64,000 bases of DNA from Bacteroidota bacterium (lineage in GTDB: Bacteria > Bacteroidota > Bacteroidia > M30B66): NCBI GenBank assembly GCA_027483445.1, contig JAIXUS010000078.1, positions 24,792 to 88,791 of the forward strand, read 5' to 3'. A model generated the notes under the pieces. That model was given only the letters and a program-made list of their open reading frames with translations. It was not told where the DNA came from and did no database searches. Every line of letters starts with the position of its first letter. Positions within the stretch are counted from its first letter, which is position 1. The position numbers were made by a program, and so were the translations under genes. This document shows positions 18,820 through 29,808 of the stretch, piece by piece.

Positions 18820-19090
18820 AGTCCGGTTTTAGGGTTGCGCCTGTGTATCGGTTGTTTCGCAGTGCCCGGGTTGTTGGAATACTCGGGCTGCGCAGGTTTG
18901 GTTGGGACCTACAGTGGTTTATTGGGACCGGAAAAGACGTAAAAGCATGTGGTGGGTAACAGGGTGAAAGGTTATTACCGTTATCACCAAGGCTCGGCCC
19001 TGGTGGTGTCTCAGGTGTAAGGAGAGGGCCGGGCCGTGTATTTCGGGGTTTCCGCCTTGGTTGATGGGTATTCAGTAGGCGGCAATTGAA
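18820..19090 (+). other. GC-rich multi-hairpin intergenic element (candidate ncRNA or decayed REP cluster)
   Basis: Stems at 18864-18888, 18951-18979, 18992-19034 and 19052-19082; three of them use G-U pairs on the + strand. Confidence 0.35.
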
Positions 19091-19146
19091 TGAAAGCATG
19101 AATTAGGCATTAAGCCTGTGGGCATGCTGATTTAAGTCAGTAGGGC

Positions 19147-19755
19147 TTATTTGCGCTTGGCTAGCTCGTCGCGGATTCTTCCGGCTTTTTCATAAGCCTC
19201 GTCCTCAATGGCCGACTTCAGCATGTCCTTTAATTCATCTTTGCTTTTACGACTAAGCTCATCGCCTGAGTCGGACGGAACGGCATTGCTCACGCTGGCT
19301 TCCGCTGCCATACCGGTATCTTCCTTTGCAGAGGAAGGGTCATCATCGATAAGAATACCCGCAGAACTGAGAATGAATTCGTAGGTGTAAATCGGACAGC
19401 TGAAGCGAACGGCCAAAGCAATGGCATCGCTGGTTCGGGCATCAACCTCCACGTCGTTGGCTCCGTTTTGCTGGCAGATCAATTTTGCATAAAAAATGCC
19501 TTCTACCAAGTTGTAAATCACCACCTCTTTAACGGTAATGGAAAAAGACTCGGCAAAAGCCTTGAACAAATCGTGGGTCAAGGGACGTGAGGGGGCCATT
19601 TTTTCGAGTTCTATGGCGATGGCTTGGGCTTCAAAACCGCCAATAATGATGGGTAATCGGCGTTTTCCGTTGCTCTCTCCCAGCACCAGCGCGTAAGCTC
19701 CGCTTTGCGTTTGGCTGTATGAAAGGCCTGAGATATCCAGCTTAATCTTCTTCAT
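19147..19755 (-). CDS. Bifunctional nuclease family (DUF151) protein with C-terminal UVR motif
   Basis: RRLPIIIGGFEAQAIA, RPLTHDL, DARTSDAIALA, EDEAYEKAGRIRDEL. Confidence 0.9.
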   Translation of the reverse strand: MKKIKLDISGLSYSQTQSGAYALVLGESNGKRRLPIIIGGFEAQAIAIELEKMAPSRPLTHDLFKAFAESFSITVKEVVIYNLVEGIFYAKLICQQNGANDVEVDARTSDAIALAVRFSCPIYTYEFILSSAGILIDDDPSSAKEDTGMAAEASVSNAVPSDSGDELSRKSKDELKDMLKSAIEDEAYEKAGRIRDELAKRK

Positions 19756-19810
19756 GCTTGGTCTGATGAAAGTACGAAACTTTCGGCAGATAATTTAAAC
19801 CTGAATAAAA

Positions 19811-20788
19811 TCAGGAATTGGCTGCTTTAAATTTACGGAAGGCTTCTGTTAGGCGGGGCACCACTTCCATGGCATCGCCCACTACACCATAATCGGCGGC
19901 TTTGAAAAATGGAGCTTCAGGATCTTTGTTGATCACTACAATCACCTTTGAGCCGTTTACCCCGGCCAAATGCTGAATGGCTCCTGAAATTCCTACAGCA
20001 ATATATAAGTTGGGTCGGATGGCAATACCGGTTTGTCCAACGTGCTCGTGGTGAGGCCTCCAACCAATGTCAGATACCGGTCTGCTACACGCTGTAGCTG
20101 CACCCATCGTTTCGGCCAATTCTTCAATAATGTTCCAGTTGGATGGGTCCTTCATTCCACGTCCGGCCGATACTACAAGCTCAGCTTCAGTGAGGAGCAC
20201 TCCACCTTTGTGTTCACGTACTTTTTTCTCGATTTTCAACGACGATTGCACGCCGGCCAGAGCCGCGTCGAATGCTTCTACTGCTGCGGCGGAACCATTT
20301 TTTTGCGCAGGCACAGAGTTCGGCAGTAAGGTAATCACCTTTACCTCTGTGTTCATCTGATATTCGGCCAATGCCTTTCCGGAGAATACGTTCTTTCTTA
20401 CCACAAATCCGCTGCTGGTGTCGGGCAAGGCTACTGCGCCAGAAACGAGACCGGCTTTGAGCCTGGCGGCAATGCGCGGTGCAACCGAACGTCCGGCATA
20501 GTCGTGACTAAACACCACGATTTTAGCACTGCTGGCCTCAACGGCCTTTAGCACAAGCTGTTCAACGAGCATCGGATCGAAGTGCCCTGGAAGGTTGGTG
20601 GCCAGCAACACCTTGCTTACCCCAAACTCGCCTGCGCGGGCGGCCTCCTCATTGGAGATGGCGCCACCAACAACAGCGGTTGCCGTGGTTTGAAGTTGTG
20701 CAGCAATCTGCGCTCCGTAAGAAATGGCTTCCAATGAAGCCTTCTTGATCGAACCTTTGGCGGTTTCGGCAAAAATGAGAACTGACAT
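19811..20788 (-). CDS. etfA: Electron transfer flavoprotein alpha subunit
   Basis: LVVSAGRG, ACSRPVSD, HVGQTG, LYIAVGISGAIQHLAG, INKDPEAPFF. Confidence 0.96.
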   Translation of the reverse strand: MSVLIFAETAKGSIKKASLEAISYGAQIAAQLQTTATAVVGGAISNEEAARAGEFGVSKVLLATNLPGHFDPMLVEQLVLKAVEASSAKIVVFSHDYAGRSVAPRIAARLKAGLVSGAVALPDTSSGFVVRKNVFSGKALAEYQMNTEVKVITLLPNSVPAQKNGSAAAVEAFDAALAGVQSSLKIEKKVREHKGGVLLTEAELVVSAGRGMKDPSNWNIIEELAETMGAATACSRPVSDIGWRPHHEHVGQTGIAIRPNLYIAVGISGAIQHLAGVNGSKVIVVINKDPEAPFFKAADYGVVGDAMEVVPRLTEAFRKFKAANS

Positions 20789-20789
20789 A

Positions 20790-21527
20790 TTAAATGACTT
20801 TAGCTTCGGTATGAAGGAGTTGAACAAGAGAATCCATTTGATCGGCGTCAATGAGCTTAACCTCCGACTTCGGCTTGGGCAGTGAGAACTTGTGCACCTT
20901 CACAAGGGGCTGTTCTGTGCTGCTCAACACGCTGATGGCCTTAGTGCGTGCAGCCATAATGCCCCGCATGTTGGGAATTCGCTGTTCGGCCATGCCTTTT
21001 GCGGCGCTTACAACGCAGGGTAGGGCGGTGCTGATGACTTCCACTTCGCCATCTATTTCTACTTCCACGCTAACGGAATTACCAATCACATCCAGCTTGC
21101 TGCCCAAGGCAATGTAAGGCTGGTTGAGCAGGGCTGCAATCATACCGGGCACCTCAGAGCCATTGTAGTCGATGGTCTCTTTTCCGGCGAGAATCAAATC
21201 AAAGCCTTTGTCGGAGGCGTAGTCGGCGATTGATTTGGCTACCGACCAGGCATCGGCGGCTTCCATATCAATACGTACGGCATCATCGGCACCAATGGCC
21301 AAGGCTTTACGGATAATGGCTTCAACCGAAGCGTTTCCTACAGTAATAATGGTCACATTGCCTCCCAATGTTTCTTTCAGTTCAAGGGCTCGTACCAACG
21401 CATACCATTCATCGTAAGGATTTACGATATACTGAACTTTGTCTTCGTTGAAACGGGTGTCGTTGTCGGTGAAGGCAATTTTGGTCGTGGTATCGGGTAC
21501 CTGACTGATGCACACTAGGATTTTCAT
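20790..21527 (-). CDS. etfB: Electron transfer flavoprotein beta subunit
   Basis: VCISQVPDT, NPYDE, ALAIGADDA, LAGKETIDY, RIPNMRGIMAA. Confidence 0.96.
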   Translation of the reverse strand: MKILVCISQVPDTTTKIAFTDNDTRFNEDKVQYIVNPYDEWYALVRALELKETLGGNVTIITVGNASVEAIIRKALAIGADDAVRIDMEAADAWSVAKSIADYASDKGFDLILAGKETIDYNGSEVPGMIAALLNQPYIALGSKLDVIGNSVSVEVEIDGEVEVISTALPCVVSAAKGMAEQRIPNMRGIMAARTKAISVLSSTEQPLVKVHKFSLPKPKSEVKLIDADQMDSLVQLLHTEAKVI

Positions 21528-21736
21528 AGGCTTTAGAAGCTGTGATTTCGGGCTGCAAATTTAGGAAAAAACCCCTGCGAAAAAGGAAATGTTCAGACTG
21601 GTCGAAAAATCCTGGAGTATGAATTGGTAAGTCTTGATTTTGAGTACTTTGATTCAACCCGTTTTGCGCGGTAACTTTTCAACCACACTGTTCAAAACTT
21701 AGGTAAAATCGTTTCGGCGCAAACCTCGGTGTGTTT

Positions 21737-21744
21737 TACCTTTG
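21737..21744 (+). promoter_or_regulatory. Bacteroidetes -7 element TACCTTTG
   Basis: TAnnTTTG match 22 bp upstream of ATG 21766. Confidence 0.55.
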
Positions 21745-21765
21745 CCCTTCAGTAATTTTTTTTCT

Positions 21766-22206
21766 ATGGCACTTGAATTAAACGGCAAACTGATTCGCGT
21801 TATGAATCCTGTTACCGGCGAAGGTCGGAACGGCTCCTGGACCAAGCAGGAGTTTGTGGTAGAAACATTTGATCAATACCCGAAGAAGATCTGTATGTCG
21901 GTATGGGGAGAAAAGGTTGACGCCTTGCGCCGTTTTCAAATTGGCGATGATGTAAAAGTGAGCATCAACCTTGAGTCGCGCGAATACAACGAGCGTTGGT
22001 ACACAGAAGTGCGTGCCTGGAAAATCGATTCACTGGCGCAGGCCGCGCAAGGAATGGCCCCTAACCAAGGCTACGCTCAACCGGGAGCGCCTTCACAGGG
22101 CTACAATCCTTCAACCGCTCAGTCTCCATCGCCTTCTTTTCAGCCGGCCAGTCAGCAAAACGACGATTTCTTCAAGAGCGACGAAAGCGACGATCTCCCA
22201 TTCTAA
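21766..22206 (+). CDS. DUF3127 (OB-fold, SSB-like) protein
   Basis: WTKQEFVVET..QYPKKI...WGEK, SREYNERWYTEVRAWKI; Q/P-rich linker; acidic tail SDDLPF. Confidence 0.88.
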   Translation: MALELNGKLIRVMNPVTGEGRNGSWTKQEFVVETFDQYPKKICMSVWGEKVDALRRFQIGDDVKVSINLESREYNERWYTEVRAWKIDSLAQAAQGMAPNQGYAQPGAPSQGYNPSTAQSPSPSFQPASQQNDDFFKSDESDDLPF

Positions 22207-22221
22207 GTCTGTAGTGGGAGC

Positions 22222-22887
22222 ATGAAGCGCACGCTGGAATTTCTGAGTCAACTCAGCGAGCACAACAACCGCGAGTGGTTTCAGGCCAACAAATCGGCAT
22301 TTGAGGTCTCCAAAAAAGAAGTCGTTGCCCTGTGCACCTATATTCACAACACCTTAGGTAAGCAAGCCCCGGAGATTCTGCGCGACGATCCTTCAAAAGC
22401 TCTGTTTCGAATTTATCGCGATACCCGATTTTCGAACGACAAAACGCCCTACAAAAACAATTTGGGTTTTTGGCTCGCACCGGGTAGTAAACAAGACATT
22501 AGGGCAGGGTTCTACGTTCACATTCAGCCTGAAGCCTCGTTCATTGCTGCCGGTATATGGATGCCTCCAGCACCCGAACTCCAAGCTATACGGCAAGAAA
22601 TCTATTTCCGACACGAAGAATTGAGTGCTGTTCTAAGCCAGTCGAAGCTTCGTAAAGTCTGGGGAGACCTCGAGGGTGAACAGTTGAAAACCGCACCCAA
22701 AGGATACGACAAAGACCATCCGGCGATTGATTTGCTGAAGTTTAAAAGTTTAGTACTTACCAAAAACTACAGCAATAAAGCTCTGCTCTCAGAGGCTTGG
22801 AAAGACGAGGTGGTTGAGCATTTGGTCCTCACCATTCCAGTTGTCCGCTTTCTCAATGGCGCTCTCGAAATGGCTGCGGCCAACTAA
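22222..22887 (+). CDS. DUF2461 / TIGR02453 family protein
   Basis: HNNREWF, FRIYRDTRFSNDKTPYK, LKTAPKGYDKDHPAIDLLK. Confidence 0.9.
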   Translation: MKRTLEFLSQLSEHNNREWFQANKSAFEVSKKEVVALCTYIHNTLGKQAPEILRDDPSKALFRIYRDTRFSNDKTPYKNNLGFWLAPGSKQDIRAGFYVHIQPEASFIAAGIWMPPAPELQAIRQEIYFRHEELSAVLSQSKLRKVWGDLEGEQLKTAPKGYDKDHPAIDLLKFKSLVLTKNYSNKALLSEAWKDEVVEHLVLTIPVVRFLNGALEMAAAN

Positions 22888-23185
22888 GCGCCGATTCGTT
22901 TCTCAAGACAAGGAATTCTTGATTTACCGTTTGATATAATGCGAACGGTTTTCTGAAATATTCGTTACCTGAAAGTCATCAACCTATATCTATATAGGGC
23001 TGAAAATGAGTCATGTAATGGCGGTTTCGTTGACTTTTCAACCTCCTGAATGTATAGTGCCCCCGGAATTTTTTCGCGCGTTAGTGAAGTAAAATCAGAC
23101 GACTTTCCGGTGTTTCATTCTGCAAACTACTTAGGTTTGAGGGATTGCTTTGTATTTTCACCTTTATAAAACCTGAAACTGCCTT

Positions 23186-24979
23186 ATGAAGCAAATCTTT
23201 ACCTCCTGCTTTGTCCTGATTGTCGCTTTCTCTGCCAGTGCTCAATGTACGCTAAGCATCGATTCGGTGCTCAGCTCAGCTGTTTCCTGTAATGGTTTAA
23301 GCGACGGCGAGATTACCGTTTTTGCCAGCGGCGGCAATGGAGCAATCAGTTTTTCAAATACCGCAGGTGGCGAGGTTGTTTCACCTAACCAGCCCTTTGA
23401 TGCAGCCACTGCCTTGAGTAATGCTTCAGGCTCCGGTCCAACCAACCGCTGGTGGTCGCCCTCTTCCTGCACTGGTGGTGCCTCCTTTCAGTTTAGCGCT
23501 ACACAAGGCTGCCCTGCTGGTTCTGCCACCTACACCGGTCCTTTCAGTGGCTTTGCTGGCTGTTTTCTACGCTCGCCACAATTAAATATGAACGGCATCG
23601 ACCTCGTTACCGCAACCTTCGACCTCAGCAATTCTTTTGCAGCCAACAGGCCTAACGACCGACTTCGATTCTATGTTTGGGTAAATAATGGATACCTTTC
23701 AGTTCCAGCTGCTTACACGGTAAATGGGAATAGTGGCCAATTTCTCAATTTTAACCAGGCAAACACCTGCGCGCCAATCACCGTAACCGTAAATTTATCC
23801 TCTGTACCTTCTAATAGCCGGAGCGATTTCCTGTTCTACATCGAAGCCAATTGCCAATACAACAACTGCACACCTTACCTTGCAGTAGTCGACAATATCG
23901 TTATCTCAGAAGCGGCTCCAACGCAGGCTTCGAACGTGTTTTCCGGCCTCCCTGCTGGCAATTATCCCATTACCGTGAGCGATGCCTCCGGTTGTCAGGT
24001 TAGCCTCCCGGCTCCGGTTACCATCACCCAGCCACCGGTGTTAACGGTAAGTACAACTGTTTTTCCGGCAACTACCGTGGGCGGAAATCAAGGGAGTGCC
24101 ATTGCCAACGTTTCAGGTGGAAATGGCGGTTATACATTCGCCTGGAACACCAATCCACCGCAGAACACCGCTCAGGCTTCAGGCTTATCTGCCGGCACAT
24201 ATTCAGTAACCGTTACCGATGCCGAAGGCTGCACTCAATCAACAACTGCGCAGGTAACGGAACCGAGCTGCGATGGATTAAGCATTTCAAGTGTTACCGT
24301 TCAAAACCCAAGCTGTGCCGAGGCCAACGACGGAAGTTTAACCATCACGGCGCAAAGCCCCAATTCAGGGTTAAGCTACACACTCAATGGAGTTGATTTT
24401 CAGTCGGAACCCTTATTTTCTTCACTCTCCGAGGGCAGCTATTCTGCAGCAATTGCCGATGCCGCTGGCTGTAGCCTAGCTTATGCAGCCAATCCACTTG
24501 TACTCGTTGCCCCGGAAAGTCCGGCTGTTATCATCAATTTCGACGGTAATCAGCTCAGCGTGAATGGCTTTACAGCCGTTCAATGGTATCTCGATGGCGA
24601 GGCTATTCAAGGGGCGAATAGTGCGGAATGGAGCCCTAATGCCGATGGTATTTACACCGTTCAAATTACTGATGAAGAGGGTTGTATCTACTTTTCCCAA
24701 GGCTTTGAGGTATTGCTAACCCATGCTTTAACAAACCACCAAAATCCAGACTGGCTTATTTTTCCCAATCCGGGTCGCGAGTTTATCCGGCTTCGCCGGG
24801 ATGACCTTTCGGGTAACGCACAATTGCGACTTTGGTCTGTAACCGGTCAGCAGCTTGCAGTTCAGCAATTGGAGGGCTTTGAAACTGTTATAGATGTTTC
24901 TCTACTCAAAAATGGAATTTATCTTATTGAATATAAAGATGATAATGGTGTTTACCGTCAGTATTGGATTAAACAATAA
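23186..24979 (+). CDS. T9SS type-A sorting domain surface protein with SprB repeats
   Basis: SprB-like repeats (VSGGNGGYTFAW...GLSAGTYSVTVTDAEGC); C-terminal CTD IFPNP...LKNGIYLI. Confidence 0.88.
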   Translation: MKQIFTSCFVLIVAFSASAQCTLSIDSVLSSAVSCNGLSDGEITVFASGGNGAISFSNTAGGEVVSPNQPFDAATALSNASGSGPTNRWWSPSSCTGGASFQFSATQGCPAGSATYTGPFSGFAGCFLRSPQLNMNGIDLVTATFDLSNSFAANRPNDRLRFYVWVNNGYLSVPAAYTVNGNSGQFLNFNQANTCAPITVTVNLSSVPSNSRSDFLFYIEANCQYNNCTPYLAVVDNIVISEAAPTQASNVFSGLPAGNYPITVSDASGCQVSLPAPVTITQPPVLTVSTTVFPATTVGGNQGSAIANVSGGNGGYTFAWNTNPPQNTAQASGLSAGTYSVTVTDAEGCTQSTTAQVTEPSCDGLSISSVTVQNPSCAEANDGSLTITAQSPNSGLSYTLNGVDFQSEPLFSSLSEGSYSAAIADAAGCSLAYAANPLVLVAPESPAVIINFDGNQLSVNGFTAVQWYLDGEAIQGANSAEWSPNADGIYTVQITDEEGCIYFSQGFEVLLTHALTNHQNPDWLIFPNPGREFIRLRRDDLSGNAQLRLWSVTGQQLAVQQLEGFETVIDVSLLKNGIYLIEYKDDNGVYRQYWIKQ

Positions 24980-25025
24980 ACCCAACACTTGAACGGTCGA
25001 AGTGAGCTATCAACCATGTGGAGCG

Positions 25026-25424
25026 CTACGCTTCTTGAATTCGGGCAATGTAGGCTTTTAAAACCGGAATATCGGCAGGAGCCCACCTGAGGTTCTCCAG
25101 CAGTATTTGAGGGTCTCCGCTGATGGCCATATCGTGGTCGGCACCCGGCGGTGGCAGTTGTTTCACTTTGGCCAGGAAAACGTGAAGTTTAACCCATGTT
25201 TGGGGGTATTCAAAAGGAAATACACCCAGATACTGGGTAATTTCAGGTTGTATCGATAACTCTTCCGCCAACTCTCTTTCCAGTGCCTTTAGTGGATCTT
25301 CGCCATCTTCCAGTTTTCCTCCCGGAAACTCCCAATGCTCCTCCAAAGCACGACCAGGCGCACGTCGGTAGGCACAGATTTCAACACCCAGCTGAAGGAT
25401 AGCGCAGGAAACCTCAATTTCCAT
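25026..25424 (-). CDS. MutT-like Nudix hydrolase ((d)NTP pyrophosphohydrolase)
   Basis: [26 protein letters not shown] Nudix box; WAPADIP. Confidence 0.88.
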   Translation of the reverse strand: MEIEVSCAILQLGVEICAYRRAPGRALEEHWEFPGGKLEDGEDPLKALERELAEELSIQPEITQYLGVFPFEYPQTWVKLHVFLAKVKQLPPPGADHDMAISGDPQILLENLRWAPADIPVLKAYIARIQEA

Positions 25425-27537
25425 CGCGGTAAGCCTCCAACAGAATTCCTAAAATCTCTGAAGCCGCGAGTGGTATGCTGGTGCCTGGACCAAAAACCAA
25501 GGCAACGCCCGACTCATACAATTGGGTGTAGTCTTGTTGTGGAATCACGCCTCCGGCCACAACAATAATGTCATCCCGCCCAGCGGCCTTAAGCTCTTCT
25601 ATAACTTTAGGAATGAGAGTTTTATGTCCACCGGCTAACGACGAAACGCCGAGCACGTGTACATCGTTTTCCAGAGCCTGCCTGGCCACTTCGGCCGGCG
25701 TTTGAAAAAGAGGGCCAATATCGACATCAAATCCGATGTCGGCAAAACCGGTGCTGATCACCTTAGCTCCGCGGTCGTGACCGTCTTGTCCCATTTTAGC
25801 CACCAAAATGCGTGGTCTTCTCCCTGCCAAATGGGCAAAATCATCGGCCATCAAACGGGCTTTTTCAAGGGCTTCGTTGTTTTTCACTTCGCCCGAATAT
25901 ACACCACGAATGCTTTTAATACTGGCCTGATACCTTCCAAATTCTTCTTCTAATGCCATTGAAATTTCGCCAAGAGTGGCTCTTTCCCTCGCAGCATCAA
26001 TGCTGAGTGCCATAAGGTTGCCTTGACCACTTTTTGCGGCTTCACGAAGTTTTTGTAAACACAGCTCAACCTTTTCAGCGTTACGCTCGCGTTTAATCTT
26101 TGTCAGGCGTTCAATTTGTTCGGCTCGTACACGTGTATTATCAACTTCCAGAATTTCAAGGGGTTCCTGAGTGTCAACCTGAAATCTGTTTAATCCAACA
26201 ATTACCTCTGTTCCGGCGTCAATTCGGGCCTGCTTCCTTGCGGCGGCCTCTTCGATACGCATCTTAGGAATGCCTGTTTCTATCGCTTTGGCCATCCCGC
26301 CAAGGGCTTCAACCTCTTCAATGAGCGCCCAGGCCTTATCGGCCAGCTCATGGGTTAAATATTCAACATAAGCGCTTCCGCCCCAAGGATCTATGGCCCG
26401 TGTAACTCCACTTTCCTGTTGAATAAACAATTGCGTGTTTCTGGCAATGCGCGCCGAAGCATCGGTGGGCAAAGCAATGGCTTCATCAAGCGCGTTGGTA
26501 TGCAAACTTTGTGTGCCTCCGAGCACAGCCGCCATGGCCTCAACCGTGGTGCGCGCTACGTTGTTATAAGGGTCTTGCTCCGTTAAGCTCCAGCCGCTCG
26601 TTTGGCAGTGTGTTCTGAGCGATAACGACTTCGAATTTTTCGGATTAAAGCGTTTGAGCATGCGCGCCCAAAGCATCCGTCCCGCGCGCATCTTGGCAAT
26701 TTCCATACAATGATTCATGCCAATTCCCCAGAAAAATGAAAGGCGGGGTGCGAATTCATCAATGCTCAAGCCCGCCGCCATTCCAGTTCGCACATACTCT
26801 AACCCATCGCACAAGGTGTAAGCCAGCTCTATGTCTGCTGTAGCGCCAGCTTCGTGCATGTGGTAGCCACTGATACTAATGCTGTTAAATTTTGGCATGT
26901 GCCTCGAGGTGTAGGCAAAAATATCGGCAATGATGCGCATCGATGGCCCGGGCGGATAGATATACGTGTTGCGCACCATGAACTCTTTCAAAATATCGTT
27001 CTGGATGGTTCCGCTCAGCTGTTCAGGCTTCACACCTTGCTCCTCAGCAGCCACAACGAAAAAGGCCATCACCGGTAATACCGCGCCGTTCATCGTCATA
27101 GAAACACTCATCTCGTGGAGAGGAATCTGATCGAATAAGATCTTCATATCCTCCACAGAATCAATAGCTACGCCGGCTTTACCAACGTCACCTTCCACGC
27201 GTTCATGGTCAGAATCATAGCCCCGGTGCGTAGCCAAATCAAAAGCAACGGATAAACCCTTCTGTCCGGCCGCTAAATTGCGTCTGTAAAAGGCATTGCT
27301 TTCAGCCGCAGTACTGAAGCCTGCGTATTGACGTATTGTCCATGGCCTGCTTACGTACATGCTCGAGTAAGGGCCCCGCAAAAAAGGCGCAATTCCCGGG
27401 TAATGGGTGGTGGGGTTTTCGCCTTTGGCCGGATAAGCCGAACCTACTTCAATATCTTCCGGGGACTTCCAAGAACGTTGGCCTTCAAATCGTTCAGGAG
27501 TTTTGGGGATGGCAATTCGGGTAAAGTAGGGCTTCAT
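25414..27537 (-). CDS. scpA: Methylmalonyl-CoA mutase, catalytic (large) subunit
   Basis: [34 protein letters not shown]12-binding [11 protein letters not shown]. Confidence 0.97.
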   Translation of the reverse strand: MKPYFTRIAIPKTPERFEGQRSWKSPEDIEVGSAYPAKGENPTTHYPGIAPFLRGPYSSMYVSRPWTIRQYAGFSTAAESNAFYRRNLAAGQKGLSVAFDLATHRGYDSDHERVEGDVGKAGVAIDSVEDMKILFDQIPLHEMSVSMTMNGAVLPVMAFFVVAAEEQGVKPEQLSGTIQNDILKEFMVRNTYIYPPGPSMRIIADIFAYTSRHMPKFNSISISGYHMHEAGATADIELAYTLCDGLEYVRTGMAAGLSIDEFAPRLSFFWGIGMNHCMEIAKMRAGRMLWARMLKRFNPKNSKSLSLRTHCQTSGWSLTEQDPYNNVARTTVEAMAAVLGGTQSLHTNALDEAIALPTDASARIARNTQLFIQQESGVTRAIDPWGGSAYVEYLTHELADKAWALIEEVEALGGMAKAIETGIPKMRIEEAAARKQARIDAGTEVIVGLNRFQVDTQEPLEILEVDNTRVRAEQIERLTKIKRERNAEKVELCLQKLREAAKSGQGNLMALSIDAARERATLGEISMALEEEFGRYQASIKSIRGVYSGEVKNNEALEKARLMADDFAHLAGRRPRILVAKMGQDGHDRGAKVISTGFADIGFDVDIGPLFQTPAEVARQALENDVHVLGVSSLAGGHKTLIPKVIEELKAAGRDDIIVVAGGVIPQQDYTQLYESGVALVFGPGTSIPLAASEILGILLEAYRDGN

Positions 27538-29366
27538 GCGTTGGGGCTGAGGGGTGAATATTGTTCCAGAAACGGAGCGAAAACAGATTCGACATTGCAG
27601 CCAATAAAGATAAATTGTTGAATGCCCAGGGCTTTAAGCCTTGGCTCATCGGCGGGTTTTCCGGCAACCCAAACCGGTGCATCGGGACGGGCCTTAGGGA
27701 AGAGCTCCTCGACCAGAGGCAAGTAATCATCATCGCCGGCGCACAATACGATAAGGCCTGCGTTTAGGGCGTCTCGGCTTTGTAGCTGGTCTTCTGGATT
27801 CACATTCCGGTTGCCCCTTACCGAAACGATGCCAGCCAAGGCGAGGAAATCTGCCGCAAAACCTGCTCGTGCAGCGCTTTTTGAGGCTTCGCCGAAGCAA
27901 ACCAAAAAGGCTTTCTTTCCAAAGTGACGATGTAGATGTCTTCTCAGCCGCTCGAAAGCCTCGGCCTCGCGCCAGGGCTCTAACTGCTTCACTTCCGGTA
28001 TTTTACTCAAAGGGTCGCGGGTCTGCGGCAAGGCTTCCGGTAAATTTTTATGTGCCTCGGCGAAAACCGAAGTGCCAACAATCGGACGTTTTCGGCTCAT
28101 CACCATTTTGCGAAGCTCTCCCGCCGATTTTCGGATTTCCTCCTGCATAAATCCGGTTCTTACCGCACTGAAAAATCCACCAAGCTCCTGCACACGGCAG
28201 AACAAAGCCCACGATTGCTCTACAAGTTGCCTAGTGAGGCCATCGATGTACCATGAGCCGGAAGCCGGGTCTAAAACCTTGTCGAGCCTACTTTCTTCCT
28301 GCAATAAATGTTGGATGTTTAATGCCAGACGCCTTGAGTTAGCCGTATTCTGGGCATACAAAACATCATGAGGAAGCACGAAAAGGCGATCCACACCGGC
28401 CATTACGGCGGCCATTGACTCGGTGGTGGCTCGAATCAGGTTGGTGTAGGGATCGGCAATGGTTTTATTCCTTAACGTTGTTATGGCTTCTATTTCCAAA
28501 GGAAGCTTTGTTGCATCGAGCTTGTATGCCTCAAGCAGCATGGCCCACAAAAGACGCATTGCCCTGAATTTTGCCAATTGCAGAAAGTAATCGGAACCGA
28601 TACTCAAGCGAATTTGGGCGGCTTCCAGCACAGCTTCCGGATTTTCACCCCGATACAGATTTTCGGCATATTCGGCGAATGCTGCAAGACTGAAAGCGAG
28701 TTCTTGTACCACCGACGCTCCGCTTTCTGCATAGATGCGCGCATCGTGAACTACAAATTTGAACCGGGGCAAGGCCGCTTTTCCCTGATCAATCATTGAG
28801 TTGAGTACAGAGAAATCGGTATGCTGGTCGTGGAAAAATGCGCCGGTTCGAAGCAGCTGACCGGGAATGTCGAAAGTGACCGATCCTGTAAGTAAATCAC
28901 GCTTCAGCGGGCGACGTGCGAACTCATCAGCAAGCATGAACAGCAAGGCCGGCGAGCCTTCTCCACAATCGAAATGCAACGATACAGCTTCGGGAAGCAC
29001 TCCCCGCAGGGTAAGAATCAATTCCTCCTGGTTGCTAATGCCAATGCCCTCAAAGCAAAGCGCAGAAGCTCCCTGTTCAAGGTGTTGCAAGGCCGATTTG
29101 TTGGCCACAAGAAGGTCATCGGTGGCTAGAATTACGCCCTTTTCCCAATCGTTAGCAAAGGCAAACTCAGGGTGATGTGGCCTGCGCAAGTGCCCCACAA
29201 AAAGCGATTCACTGTTTGCTTCTGAAGAACCTAGATTTTGAACTTCAAGCGACTCAACGCGCGAACTGAGGATTTTACTCAGGTCGTCGGTCTTGAGATC
29301 CTTTTTTAATTGTTCAAGCCAAAGCGTATAGTTAGCCTGAGGAAAATCGGTATTTAGCTTTTCCAC
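27534..29366 (-). CDS. mutA: Methylmalonyl-CoA mutase small (non-catalytic) subunit
   Basis: [40 protein letters not shown]; lacks the DxHxxG cobalamin motif. GTG start. Confidence 0.88.
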   Translation of the reverse strand: MEKLNTDFPQANYTLWLEQLKKDLKTDDLSKILSSRVESLEVQNLGSSEANSESLFVGHLRRPHHPEFAFANDWEKGVILATDDLLVANKSALQHLEQGASALCFEGIGISNQEELILTLRGVLPEAVSLHFDCGEGSPALLFMLADEFARRPLKRDLLTGSVTFDIPGQLLRTGAFFHDQHTDFSVLNSMIDQGKAALPRFKFVVHDARIYAESGASVVQELAFSLAAFAEYAENLYRGENPEAVLEAAQIRLSIGSDYFLQLAKFRAMRLLWAMLLEAYKLDATKLPLEIEAITTLRNKTIADPYTNLIRATTESMAAVMAGVDRLFVLPHDVLYAQNTANSRRLALNIQHLLQEESRLDKVLDPASGSWYIDGLTRQLVEQSWALFCRVQELGGFFSAVRTGFMQEEIRKSAGELRKMVMSRKRPIVGTSVFAEAHKNLPEALPQTRDPLSKIPEVKQLEPWREAEAFERLRRHLHRHFGKKAFLVCFGEASKSAARAGFAADFLALAGIVSVRGNRNVNPEDQLQSRDALNAGLIVLCAGDDDYLPLVEELFPKARPDAPVWVAGKPADEPRLKALGIQQFIFIGCNVESVFAPFLEQYSPLSPNA

Positions 29367-29410
29367 GGTCGAGGAGTTAGTTTAACAATGCAGCCTTCTC
29401 GGCGAGATAC

Positions 29411-29740
29411 TCAGTTTTCTGATGCGGTAGTGTCTACCAAAGTCCAGATTTCCTCTCCCTCCTTCTTCATGAAGTAATTTTCTCTCGCGTATTGTTCAAG
29501 GGTTTGTTCACTGGTGTTGATGGCTTCCAGCTTTTCGCGGGTGTTTTTGATTTGCTCCTGATAATACTTCCGTTGTTTGCGCAACTCAGTGAGCTCTTTT
29601 CTTTCGGTGTACTGAAGTACAAGGTTATTGCCGTCTAAGAAAAGCAGCCAAATCAGAAAGCCGAAAAAGGTGAGAAAATACTTGTTTCCCAGTAGCGGAT
29701 ATCGCTCGGTGAGTTGAGTAAATGCAGCCTTGAGCTTCAT
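29411..29740 (-). CDS. FtsB/DivIC septum formation initiator family protein
   Basis: Single TM helix, coiled coil, LEQYARENYFMKKEGE. Confidence 0.85.
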   Translation of the reverse strand: MKLKAAFTQLTERYPLLGNKYFLTFFGFLIWLLFLDGNNLVLQYTERKELTELRKQRKYYQEQIKNTREKLEAINTSEQTLEQYARENYFMKKEGEEIWTLVDTTASEN

Positions 29741-29808
29741 GGAACAAAAATAGGAGGAGTCGTTGTCTTAAGAAATCGTCCTTTCAAAAGTTCTGAGCAT
29801 TGTGGTGT

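Noticed and set aside
18951-18980. Group IIC intron-like AGGGTGAAAG
   Set aside because: No closing TCCC stem, no GTGCG 5' end, no domain V and no RT ORF.
22921-22950. dif-like sequence (reverse complement CGTTCGCATTA-TATCAA-ACGGTAAAT) near an apparent G>C to C>G change around 22 kb
   Set aside because: The XerD arm fits only with a 4-bp spacer, and the skew impression comes from noisy spot counts; a computed cumulative skew is needed.
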